From Eledone cirrhosa (lineage: Eukaryota), in assembly GCA_964016885.1 (NCBI GenBank), contig OZ024740.1, forward strand, positions 263,996,001 through 264,060,000: a DNA stretch of 64,000 nucleotides, given 5' to 3'. Numbering within the stretch: the first letter of the stretch is position 1; every line of letters starts with the position of its first letter. The position numbers and the translations under genes were made by a program. Below are positions 44,560-57,357 of the stretch, piece by piece. The notes beneath the pieces are model-generated. The model was given only the letters and a program-made list of their open reading frames with translations. It had not been told where the DNA came from and ran no database searches.

Positions 44560-46230
44560 ATATCTTAGACGTAGGTTCTTCCATGCCTTTCAGCACATCG
44601 AGCAGTGAGTTGCCAACGGTCACATCCGTGCCAATTGATGATGGCTGCCCTTAGATCGTTTTGGAATGTTCGTCGCCAGGAGATCCTGGGGCAACCCCGC
44701 TTCCGTTTACGCCAGGTGGATTCCAGTTCATCGCCGTTTTCGAATGTCGTTCGGTGAGTATGAATAGAATATGGCCATTCAGGCGGCGTTGGCACTCCCT
44801 GACCACCCTTTGCAGCATCCACGACTCAGCCTATCACAGAATGTCCTCGTTTTGCGCTCGGTGACGCCAGGAAACACGAAGGATCCTTCGCAGGCACCGC
44901 TGACCGAATGCGTCCAGTGGTCTCGCTATCTTGGCCGTGCTCTTCAAGGTTTCGCTCAGGTAAAACACTGTCGGCAGCACAATGCGCAGCTTGATCCTGG
45001 TCATGATGCATGGAGACGATCAGACAGCGTGCATCCGCCGGAAAACTGCGGCTCCTTTGCTGATCCGACAGTTGATGTCGAGCTCCACGTCGCCATTGTT
45101 TGCTAGGATTCTGACCAGATAGGTGAAGTGATTTACTTCTTTTAGGTCTTGTTGGTTGACTATATTTGCTGGACGTGTGTTGTTGGCTGTTCTCATCACC
45201 TTGGTGTCTTAGGTGTTGATTTCCGGCCGATTTTGTCCGCACGTTCTTGCAGGGGTGTTCTTAAAGCCTTGCAGATCAGCATTTTCGAAAGCAGTGTCGT
45301 TAGCGAATGCCTGATCCTTCAGCATCGACTGGCCTCTCCATGGAATTCCTCACATCAGAACGAAATTGACTTCCAGCAGGAACAGCAGGAGAGGAAGATT
45401 GTTTCCCTGTCAGATTCAGGAGACAATGTCATAGAACTCCGTCACACCGGACTCAGTTGCACCTACCAGCTGGAATTTGCGTACAGGGCTTTGAAGATGG
45501 TAATGAATCTTGCAGCAATTCCTTACAAGAGTGCGATATTCCACAGTGATTCTCTATGTACAATTCCGAATGCCTTCGGGAAATCAATGAAGTTGACCGC
45601 CAACGGTTGATGGAGCTCAACGCATTGTTCGAGGATGTTGCGTAGTGTGAAGATCAGTTCGATGCAAGATTCGTTGTTTCGGAAGCCGGTATGTTCTTCA
45701 CGGATCACAGAGTCGACAACTTGCAGGAGATGACGAAGCAGCACAGTGCAGAACGCCTTGCCTGGGACTAACAGCAATGTGATGCCGCGCCTGTTGTTGC
45801 AATCGGCCAGCTTTCCATTCTTCGGCAGTTTGACGATGAAACTGCATTGTCACTCAAGAGAAAACTGACCGACTTCCAGCAGCGGTTCATCAAGTTTGTC
45901 AACGCCATTATCATGCTATCTTCACCGAATTTGAGCAACTCCGTAGAGATCTCATCTAGTCCACCTGCTTTGCTGTTCTTCAAGTCTCTGTACGCATATT
46001 CGTCTCCTTCTTCGTAATTTGGTCCTCGCAACGATTGCTGGAGTCTCTGCGAAATACTGTTCCGCATCCTGAGAGAATTGACGGGAATATCGAGCAGTAC
46101 CAACATGCCAGTGAACGACAAAAATGCCAAGACATTAATCACTGATGCAGAACAAGACCAGATATGGTCGGAAAACCTCCAGGGGACGCTGAACCAACCA
46201 GATTCAGTTACCCTGATAGATTAAACGCAG
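44560..46230 (-). mobile_element. Decayed RTE-clade LINE (RT through C-terminus)
   Basis: LKNSKAGGLDEI, VPGKAF, EEHTGFRNNESC..LIFTLRNILEQ, FIDFPKAF..VHRESLW, C-terminal KRKRGCPRISWRRT. Many frameshifts. Confidence 0.85.
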
Positions 46231-46260
46231 AGACAAACATATATATATATATATATATAT

Positions 46261-46451
46261 ATAACGAAGGAAATGTGGTAAGGAACCAGGTGGACCATAA
46301 CGCACCAAAGTACTCAATACTTAGGGTAGTAGAGTGGGTAATAGGAACCAGGAAGACCCCGACGGCTGAGCTCAAGCCGTTTCGACGGCTAATTCTGTCC
46401 AGAATTAGCCGTCGAAACGGCTTGAGCTCAGCCGTCGGGGTCTTACTGGTT

Positions 46452-46456
<5 letters not shown>
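46261..46456. repeat. (TA)n-embedded module ending in a ~116-bp palindrome that contains the 3' half of a hammerhead
   Basis: gacggctaattctg[tc]cagaattagccgtc-GAAA-cggct[tgagctc]agccg-TC-ggggtc, mirrored about the first hairpin. Confidence 0.85.
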
Positions 46457-46510
<54 letters not shown>

Positions 46511-47075
46511 TATATTATATTTTGAGAATAAACTCTCAGTCGTTTACAATAATTAAGCTCCAGGAAAAGGGGCTTTTCCGAGCAGTTAAATACATTAAAA
46601 TATATGATAAACACGAAACGTGTTTACATTGCAACAGACAAAGTTAGCTATTAATGAAATAAACTAATTAAAGTGAATACAATTTGTCTGTCTCGATATA
46701 AGTCAATAAAGACAAGCTTATATTGGCAACGGCCATGATTCCTGGACAGATTTAAATTTCAAAATCCAAACCTGTTCCTTAGACGAATTTGAACCTCGAA
46801 ACCTAAATCCGTTTCGCAACGGTGGTATGTGAATTGAAAAATAAAGAGAATCGAAATGGAGTAGAAATAAAAAGTGAAATATCCAAATCTTCTGTGCTTA
46901 TCAACAGGAATCCAGTAAAATTAGTACATCTCACATCAAAAATGTTGCATGTCTGACTACACGTGTGTAGCCAGGCCAAACTAGCCGTCTCGCATTCACA
47001 GTGCTAGAAATAACAGCCGCTTATGCGGGATTAAAGATCAGCTCTACAATAAAGGAGCAATATACTATGTATGTA

Positions 47076-47147
<72 letters not shown>

Positions 47148-47185
47148 ATATTAATAAATGGAAACTATATTTATAAAAGCACAAT

Positions 47186-47253
47186 TATTTTATTATATAT
47201 ACATTTCAAGGGCAACCAAGGTAAATTATGGTGCGCTTTCATCAGATAAAATA
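47186..47253 (-). ncRNA. Type I hammerhead ribozyme (minus arm)
   Basis: tattttat-CTGATGA-aag...ctt-GAAA-tgtatata-TA-ataaaata. Confidence 0.75.
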
Positions 47254-47390
47254 CAGATTTCTTTTATAAATAAATATTGACATACCCGGAAAAAAGACAA
47301 CCTTAACGGTTGAAGCTTCCTGGCTAGTAATCAACCTTTAAGGTTGTCTTTTTTCCGGGTATGTCAATATTTATTTATAAAACAAATCTG

Positions 47391-47458
47391 TATTTTATCT
47401 GATGAAAGCGTACCATAATTTGCCTTGGTTGCCCTTGAAATATATATATAATAAAATA
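47391..47458 (+). ncRNA. Type I hammerhead ribozyme (plus arm)
   Basis: tattttat-CTGATGA-aag...ctt-GAAA-tatatata-TA-ataaaata with an 8-bp stem I. Confidence 0.78.
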
Positions 47459-47629
47459 ATTATGGTTTTATAAATATAGTTTCCATTTATTAATATATTG
47501 AATATTTACTCCACTAAATTGTTGAGTTCTTTATATCAGTTATAAAATAATGTTTAAGCTTGTTGAATCCCAACAAATTAAATATAACCTCTGCATATAT
47601 ATATATATATATGTGTGTGTGCGTATGTG

Positions 47630-47752
<123 letters not shown>

Positions 47753-48093
47753 GTGTGTATGTGTGGGTATGCGTGTTTGCATATATATATATATATATAA
47801 AAAAATATACATACATACATATATATATAATATATATATATATATGAAAATTGCAAACTAGTTGAAAATTGCAAACTTGACTGTCACAACATATTATGAA
47901 CCCGAAGATTGCGAAAGCATGAAAGTACTTGTTCAATTAACACTTAGAATTTAATATTCTATCATACTATTTCATTATAATACAATTATATATTTTAAAG
48001 GATTGTAAATAAAACGAGTAAATCAGACAAAGTTGGAATTCCTCTTATTAATATAATCTTCTATACACAATCATACACACCCGTGTATATTTT

Positions 48094-48130
<37 letters not shown>

Positions 48131-48134
<4 letters not shown>

Positions 48135-50030
48135 AAAATAACAGGAGGCAGGACTGGTGTAAATCCTCGAAAGGTTTATTATACTATGATCATTTCAATG
48201 ACCGGGTTCCATATGAGTCCGGTGATATCATCAGGTATTGGAATATAACAAAGGAATATGTAAAAAATAATGCTCCAATGCTCCAATAATTTTGAGCACT
48301 TCAAGATGTAATATTGAACAGCGGCACTGACTTTAGTGTACAGCTATTGCCAGCATGGGATTAACTGATCTACTTACCATTTGGATTTTGGCTGTTCTGC
48401 GCCTTATCTACCGCCTTATCAACCGCTTTTCAGGATGATTCCGATTCCGACAAAACTCTACGTATTATACTAAAACATGTATTGTATTGACTGAATTCTT
48501 TACTCTATACCTCAGGACTTTTTGTGACTCACACTGAATTCGGAGACCCGAACTTTACACTAGGTACAACCTGTTACCGTTCCATCTCCTCCATCCTCTA
48601 TATCTATATCTATATGTACATCCTGTATTATCTTACTACAACTTGATCTATATTGATTCTTATTTACCTTTATTAATTGTTTATTATTTCATTAATGTAT
48701 ATTTTTTTTATTATTTTATTATTTTATTATTTTTCTATTATTTTATTAATGTATTTTTATCAATGTATTCTGTCTTTATATTTGTATTTTATCTTTGTAT
48801 GCTGCTTTTATTATTTTTTTGTAACTTTCCTTACTCAGGTCATTATGCACCTTCCATAGCCCCCTACCCACCTAAGAACCACACTACTTATAACTCGGAC
48901 TAACTGGGACTTTAAAATAATTTTGGTCTATTTGTACTTTTCATTGGGTTGCTACCTTCGACTTGTGTGGTGGCTTTTCCCGGCTGCGCGCTGGGCACTC
49001 GGAAAGTTCAGCCTTCCTTGAGTGCTCGGAAAAATAAATTTCTCCTCTTTCGGTAAACGAAATTACTCGGAGCGGGTTCCTTTGCCCCAGTCCCACCGCG
49101 CCGCCTGTTTTGGCCGCCGCATTATACTTATACCTATAAACTCCAGGTTTAGGCATAACTATTAGCTGTATCATGCCTCTACTGACACGTAAATAAACCC
49201 CTCATGTGTGATTTAATAGTATTCGTTTGGTATAGACGATGGCCTGTCGAAATTGTGGAGTTCCCGCTAGCGCTCCCGGGGCCCAAGGTAGCTACGTTCC
49301 TAGGGTACTCGGAAAAATTAATTTCCATTTCTTCGCTGGACGATAGCACTCGAAACTGGCTGACTCATGGTGTGGGGAGGGGGGAGGGGGCAGCTGGCTG
49401 GGACTCCCAATCGAAATCTTTACTCTATACCCCATCTTAATATCTTATCGAGATAATGTTTTTCATATAAGACTCTCTCCGTAAGTTCATAAAATAAATA
49501 AATCTCGTTACCTTAACCTTTAATTCTCCAATAACTTATTTTTAAATTTATCATTTTGCAATTTAATATTTTTAATTTAATTTAATTTCATCCTATAACT
49601 CGCAACATAAGTTTAACGTTCCAATCTTCGGTTCACACATTAGACCATACAGACACCCATTATAGATTATTTGAAGTAGCATTTTTTCGCGGCATGTTCT
49701 AGCATGAATGTAGTGTGACCCTTACACTGACTTCTTTCTCCCTTTCTGTCTTTCTTCCCCTTTTTCTTTGACGGAGTGCTGGTAGTGCATTATAAGCCTT
49801 CGCCCCCTCACCAGATGTTCTTTAGTAGATTCAGTTGCCACCACTTTGAGGGTGACTGGCCGAGCAGCCAGTTCGTCAGTCGTCCTCTTTGTCTCTGTCT
49901 CTGATTTTTCTGATATTCCTTTGATATATTCCAATACCTGATTCGTATGGAACCCGGTCATTGAAATGATCATAGTATAATAAACCTTTCAAGGATTTAC
50001 ACTAGCCCAGCCTCCTGTTATTTTATTTTA
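48131..50030. mobile_element. Non-coding ~1.9 kb segment bounded by inverted, HHR-containing termini (putative non-autonomous PLE derivative)
   Basis: 48131-48248 and 49926-50030 are inverted homologues. No recognisable protein lies between them. Confidence 0.6.
48181..48238 (-). ncRNA. Type I hammerhead ribozyme with a palindromic stem III
   Basis: atac-CTGATGA-tatc-accgg...ccggt-catt-GAAA-TGATCA-TA-gtat. Confidence 0.75.
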
Positions 50031-50177
50031 TTTATAATTAACTCCGTATTCGCACCACCAACTACACAAACGAAGATGGGTGCACTGTACTGCGTTGAGT
50101 AGTCTTCACTATATTTCACTAGGATTGACCATACGGAATGACCAGTTCTTTCCAGTGGTGAACCAACAAACCTAAAG

Positions 50178-50221
<44 letters not shown>

Positions 50222-50447
50222 ATTTATTTATATATATATATATATACAAACACGCATACCCACACATACAGACACACACACATATATAAATATATATATA
50301 TATGCAGAGGTTATATTTAATTTGTTGGGATTCAACAAGCTTAAACATTATTTTATAACTGATATAAAGCACTCTACAATTTACACACAAACATAAATAT
50401 GAGCGTCTTTGTATCTATCAACCTATCTATCTATATATATATATATA

Positions 50448-50535
<88 letters not shown>

Positions 50536-50573
50536 AGGAGGTTATAGTTCACTCGAAGCATTGTGTAATGAGG

Positions 50574-51006
50574 TATAAACGTTTGAATATGTGTAATAAG
50601 GCCAAGACAATGCAGGTATTGACATAGAAAAAAGAATGCAATAGTGAAAGATATTTATGTGAATTCGTCTTTCACCTTGAATTTATTTAAATGTCCCAAT
50701 TTTCGAGATAATATCTCTTCTTCGGAGGGAAGTAAAGGTCTCAAACCAGCTTCTTTAAATCTCTAGCCAAGCCATGCTGACCGGAAATACTATGTCCGGT
50801 CAGCATGGCTTGGCTAGAGATTTAAAGACGCTGGTTTGAGACCTTTACTTCCCTCCGAAGAAGAGATATTATCTCGAAAATTAGGACATTTAAATAAATT
50901 CAAGGTGAAAGACGAATTCACATCAATATCTTTCACTATTGCATTCTTTTTTCTATGTCCATACCTGCATTGTCTTGGCCTTATTACACATATTCAAACG
51001 TTTATA
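50574..51006. repeat. ~430-bp palindrome with hammerhead-like motifs (CCGAAGA variant) in both arms
   Basis: Centre at ccggaaatactatgtccgg. Arm motif ccct-CCGAAGA-a-gagat[att]atctc-GAAA-att-(a/g)gga. Confidence 0.85.
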
Positions 51007-51329
51007 TATATATATCTATATACATACTTTGAAGATTTAGGCTGTGTGGTTACTGAAAACGAAGGGTTAGAATGTAAATGGGACCTAAACAAGAGAAGAA
51101 AAGTATCCCTTCATCAGCTGTTTACTACATATCATAGATGTTTCGGGCTTAAAACAGAACATCGAACTGTAGCGCGCCCATGGCCTTTTATCCATCAAAT
51201 GGTAATGAGGGAAAGAAGTGATACTGAAGAGAGAGGAAGAATATATAAAGGAAAAGAAGAACGTGCACATACCGATATAAGTTGGGCGACTCTTTTTACA
51301 TATCTATCTATCTATCTGTCAAACAATCC

Positions 51330-51388
<59 letters not shown>

Positions 51389-51403
51389 GATATATCTATC
51401 TAT

Positions 51404-51534
<131 letters not shown>

Positions 51535-51554
51535 TGAGTGTGTGTGTGTATATA

Positions 51555-52555
51555 AATGGCAAACAGAAATAACATCACAATCGGTAGAGTATATGGAAGT
51601 GATATATTAGGTTACGCTTGATATAGCAGGAAGATGGTTTTAACGTTTCGGGTGCTAGTGCTTCATCAGAAGAAAGAATGAGAAATAAGATAGATTGAGG
51701 AGACGGGTGGGCTGGAAATGGAAAAAATAACAGGTCCATTCATGTTGACATCTCATGCAAAACTGTTGGTGCTGGCGTTCTGTGTATCATTTATTTTTTT
51801 GAAAAGTGGATGATGGAGCACGTGGACCAGAGATGGAAAAAAAACGTTTTTTTAAAAAGAGCTATATTTGTGCACGAGTGTAAGCATGTGTGTGTGTGTG
51901 TATATGTGTGTGTGCGCGTCTGCGTGTGTGTGTGTGTGTGTGTGTGCGTGTGCGTGTGCGTGTGTGTGTTATTCGTCCATACGAAGCTAAGAAGAAATAG
52001 GTGTATATGTGAGTAAAAGAATGTTTTTGCATGTAAGTACGAAGCAATGAGCAAAAGTATGTTAATATTAGAGTGTGTATGTGTATATACAGAGTGGTGA
52101 TAGGAAAAGTGGATTGAGAATATATAGTCGGCCTGTATTATTTACCAGGCTAACTTTGCCTTTCATCCTTACTGGGTCGATAAAATAAAGTACCAGTAAT
52201 GCACTGGGTATTTGCTGGCCTTGTGCCAAACGTAGAAACAATTATTTATAAGAGAATAAGTTAATGATCAAGACAAAGCGATAGGACTCTAGGGGTGTGA
52301 CGGGGTATTACAGAAATTGGGGAGGTGAGTTAAGTCCAAGAGGGAATAGGACCGAAGGCGGTGAATCAGACTTTGTTCAGTCCTGGTGGGCGAGGCCTGT
52401 GATCCTTGATGTAAAAGGACACTCAGGACTGAAACATGTAGGGAAGAATGACCAGGAGAACAGAAATGACGGGCGACAGGAGTATCCAAACCGAGTCGTA
52501 TGTCCCTCAAATGCTCGGCAATACGGTCCTCCATACGGCGTGCCGTTTGTCAGAT
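51555..52555 (-). mobile_element. 3' fragment of a Neptune-like PLE with an HHR-bearing end (51638-51676) and a truncated SINE at ~52145-52245
   Basis: RIAEHLRDIR...TPVARHFCSPGHS...EQSLIHRL. The reverse complement contains CTGATGA...GAAACGTT. Confidence 0.75.
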
Positions 52556-52681
52556 ATATATATATATATATATATAAAAGGAAAAAATGAAACGAAATTT
52601 CATTTCTCACACTTAGTACGGCTGTTACTTAAATATAAGTATGTATACGTACATACATATATGTATACAGACGCACAGTAG

Positions 52682-52730
<49 letters not shown>

Positions 52731-53469
52731 GCACACATATATATATGTACGTATGGATTCACCGAACATTTATTATAATGCTCGGTGTGTTTGTAAACAA
52801 ACATCCCGAATTAAGCCGTACAGTACAGTTCCTTTGTCAATAACCCGTTCATAAAAATAGGAAAACCCATAACTGAACCGCACGACAACTTCGCAAACCC
52901 CCAAGCCACTAACAAACGAAGAACGAAGCACCACACCGAAGATGAACTTCCCAACCTCGCTACCATAAGAAGGAACAAAAACCCTAGAAATCATCGCCAC
53001 CAGAATGACAGTTACAACTTTCCGCCTTCAAGGAGACACCATACCAAATCACTCAACTACTACGCGGATGCCTCATCGTCAAACATAGGGAAAAGATACC
53101 ACCACCGTGATAGATGTAACAACTTCCCCGCTTCAAGGTGACAGCAAGGTAATTTCTATTTTCTCAACTCTCCCTTCCACAATGCACAACAAACCCACAC
53201 CACACGATACAACCAACAACGTAGGCCACCTATAACACCACAATCCAACATGGCACATAGAAACACACACCCATACTTGCAGTAGAGGAACACCCCATTC
53301 AATCTACAACCACCAACCCGAACCACATTTTACAACAACAAGGAATATAACAAACACAGGAGACCACTTAACATCATCAGACAACCCCTCTACCCCAACC
53401 GTTTTTTAGACACAGCACACAGATACAGGCAAACAAAATAACACAAGACAGGGAGGAGAAACCGATAGT

Positions 53470-55725
53470 AATAAAAATTATCAATCTAACTACTGCAGAA
53501 CCAACACCCAACCTTATCAACTTACTCTCCAAAACTCTTAAATTCACACCGACCCCCACTACGTCCTAACTACTATGAAATGAAGGAAGACATCACAGAC
53601 TTCTGTAGAAAGTTACGACTCAGTGAAGAACTATTCGACCAGTACAATGAGGATGAATCATTAGCCAGAAATAGAAGCAATTACACCCCATCAAAAGGTA
53701 GTAATAAAATCCTGGAGGAATTCTGTGAACACATCACAAACTTCCCTTACCAACACTTGCACAGACAAAACACAAGCCAAACTTCAACAAGAAAGAATAG
53801 GAAGAATTAAATAGATTAAAAACCGACAGAACCATTACAATTAAAGAGGCTGATAAAAGGAGTACAGTAGTCCTAATGGAGACAGAATTCTATATCAACT
53901 TAGCGCTCTCCACTTTGGAAAACGAAACATACTACGAAAAGGCTGAACACTACAATGAACAGAAAATTATGAGAAACCTAAAAACTCTGATCAACCAATA
54001 CAAAGAAGGACTCACTAACAAGGAATTCACCTTCATCACAGACTTCACAAGTAAATCCAGCCTTTTCTACGGTATCCCTAAAGTATATAAAAGCGAATTA
54101 ATAAGTAAGGCATGCAAGGAAGCCACAGACATAGTCATCAATGTCCCCTCCCCCAATGATCTCAAATTAAGACCTATAATAGCAGGCCCCACTTGCTAAA
54201 CCCACCGCCTTAGCAACTTCATTGATACCCTTCTCAAGCCTTTTCTCAAACACATCAAAAGGTTATATAAGGGACGACCTAGATATGCTCAATCACCTCC
54301 CTAATATGCCACTTTCTGAACAAACCCTACTAGTGACGTTCGATGTAGTCAACCTATACTCCAACATGCCCCACAACCTAGGAATAGAAACTATCCAATT
54401 CTGGCTGGATAATTACCACAATGAACTCCCACAACGCATCAAAAAAGTATTCGTGATAGAGGGACTCAAATTTATCTTGGAGAACAATTATTTCGTTTTC
54501 AATAAGAAACCCTACAGGCAGAAAGCTGGGACCGCTATGGGAACGAAAACAGCCCCCACTTATGCCAACCTAGTCATGGGATACCTGGAAATCACCCTCT
54601 ACACTAAAGTCCTAAACAAATTTGGAAACACTCTCCACTTACACATAGAAAGGAACTGGAAGCGATATCTAGATGACTGCTTCATCCTTTAGCACGAAAA
54701 CCTCGAGAAACTTAAAGAATGTCACACCCTTATAAATGGGCTCAACACGAATATTAACTTCACGATGGAATACAGCCATCAACAACTCACCTTCCTCGGC
54801 ATCCTCATTAAGATCCACAACAAAAAAATAGAAACAGACATATACTACAAGCCCACAGACTCCAAGCAATATCTTCCTTTCAACTCTTCCCACCCAAGAC
54901 ACGTTAAAATTAATATTCCCTACAACTTAGCCAAGAGAATCTGTACTATAGTCTCCAATAAAAACACCTGCTACTTACGGCTACAAGAACTAAAGGACAC
55001 ACTCATAGGCAGGGACTACCCAGCATCACTAATTGACAATGGAATCCAACGTGCCCTAAAACTCAGTACCCAGGACCTTAGACATCCTAAAGTAAATCAA
55101 CCGAAACTAAAAGCTCTTCCATACATCTCCACACACAACCCCTCAACAATGAGACCTTTGAGACCATCCTCCAGAACATCCCTGTGTTGAAAAAGGACCA
55201 TAGAATGAACCAAATCCTACGAACACACGATATCATAAAGAGCAAAAGTCAATCTAAGTCACTGAAAAACATCCTAACACATGCCAAATACTGCCAACCA
55301 CAACAACGAAACCCACAGTAAAAAAATGCGATAGACCCAACTATGGCATTTGCATCAACCTAATAGAGGGTTCGGAATTCTATTTCAAAGAAGGACAACG
55401 TTTTATAGTAAAACACAATTTCACATGCGCATCAGAAAATCTAATATATGTATTAACTTGCTCAGGTTGTCGAGAACAATACATAGGCCAGACCAAAAAC
55501 AGCCTCCGCCAACGCATGACTGTCCATAGATCCCAAATTAAAATACGGGAATACAGGAAAATACCACTGAGTGAACACATTGATACCTGTGCCGCCCCAA
55601 ATCATCCCAACTTCAGAATCTTTCCCCTCTACAAATTTAAAGATAATGCCACCCACACCCAGCGCATCAGCAAGGAATCTCACTTTATTAACAAATACGG
55701 ACCCCGTCTAAACACTTCTCCCTAA
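53470..55725 (+). pseudogene. Neptune-like PLE ORF (RT, Cys linker, GIY-YIG), fragmented
   Basis: LKFTPTP, FCRKLRL, KEADK, FYGIPKVYK, LRPIIAG, TFDVVNLYSNMPH, GTAMGTKTAPTYANL, RYLDDCF, TDIYYKPTD, NLIYVLTCSGCREQYIGQT. Confidence 0.9.
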
Positions 55726-55929
55726 GACGAACTCACAACATACACACGTCAACATACATACCTACATCAGCATACATCTCTACCCACATATAAACACAAT
55801 AACATACGTAAACACACATGTTCTATGGTGCAACACAATTATACACAAATTTGCATACCTTTTGATGTCTATAGATTTAAACGTGCCGACACACACACAT
55901 AGATAAACTCACACATGCATTGCACACTG

Positions 55930-56215
55930 ATGGGCACATACATATTTGTACACAAGTATTCCAATACGGCAAGCCTAATGAATTCCCCTTGCAGTACGTA
56001 CAATCTGGACACACTCCAGATACATATTTGTGCACAGGTATACAATTTCTGGACACACTCCAGATATATGTGTACAATTTGTACACAAGTATACAAATTG
56101 TGCACAGGTATACAATTTCTGGACACACTCCAGATACATATTTGTGCACGGGTGTTCCAATACGGAAGGACTAATGGATTCCCCTTGCAGTACGTACAAT
56201 CTGGACACACTCACA
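55930..56215. repeat. Minisatellite-like repeats in the PLE 3' UTR
   Basis: ctggacacactccagata and tgtgcacaggtatacaatt each recur several times. Confidence 0.8.
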
Positions 56216-56372
56216 CACACCTTGGTATTATGCCAATACTATATATCATTTCACACCTTTTATTATTAAGGTTTTTGATGTTCTATTGGGAGAATCTATT
56301 TTACTGAAAATATCGAATAATGTACACCATTTTACCAGAAATAAATACTGGTCCCCCCCACACACACATTCT

Positions 56373-56404
<32 letters not shown>

Positions 56405-56454
56405 TACACACGCGTACATTTACATACAAAGACACACACACACACACACACACT

Positions 56455-56485
<31 letters not shown>

Positions 56486-57193
56486 GCACACACACACACA
56501 CACTTCTCCGTATAAGACAAGAGCTGAAAAATATCTTTTAACATGTTAAAATATGCCCCACACACTTACAAACATTCCTACTGACCATCCCTCTACTACG
56601 AATTACTCTGCTACACACACACACACACACACACACTTGTCTTAATAGGCATTTGAACTGTCAACAGGCTGCGGTTCGCACACACATCCCTGCTGACCAT
56701 CATCACAACAACGAACATCGTTACTACTACTAGACACACACACACACATATTTGTTTTGAAAGACTTATTTCTCAGCGACTTCTCATTCAGCCGACACAA
56801 ACCTACATTTGGCGCAATATCAATTTTTAACATTCACATGACCTCTACCGACCAATCAAAATTGTTTTGACCACAATAATTTTTGCAAAACGAATTGTCG
56901 CAAAACTTATTTTAATACCGCTGGAGCCACTTTTTTAACATAAAAACAGGTAGAATTCCAAAAGCTAATCAGATCAGAGCAAACATCACGGACGCTCTTT
57001 CTCAAAATTATTTTTGAAAAGCATTACAAATGCGCAACCGGTAGAACTTAAAACCACAACTGAATACTAACCAATACTATTACTAATTCTCACTTATTCC
57101 TAATTAAACTATTTTTCACTGTGAACAATTTGTCAGCATTTTCTTTTCCGTTTACCAATATATCATAACTTGTGTGTTACACCTCTATTCTTT

Positions 57194-57357
<164 letters not shown>

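Larger units (their letters stand above)
47144..47500. repeat. ~357-bp palindrome with one hammerhead in each arm
   Basis: The arms are reverse-complementary with scattered mismatches around a ~20-nt spacer near 47313-47330. Confidence 0.9.
52576..57190 (+). mobile_element. Near full-length Neptune-like Penelope element
   Basis: 5' module 52576-52830 is homologous (inverted) to 16370-16615. RT+GIY-YIG coding region followed by a long 3' UTR, bounded by (TA)n. Boundaries are inferred. Confidence 0.75.

Noticed and set aside
55930-56215. CRISPR-like array
   Set aside because: The spacers are themselves repeated and irregular, there are no cas genes, and the context is eukaryotic.
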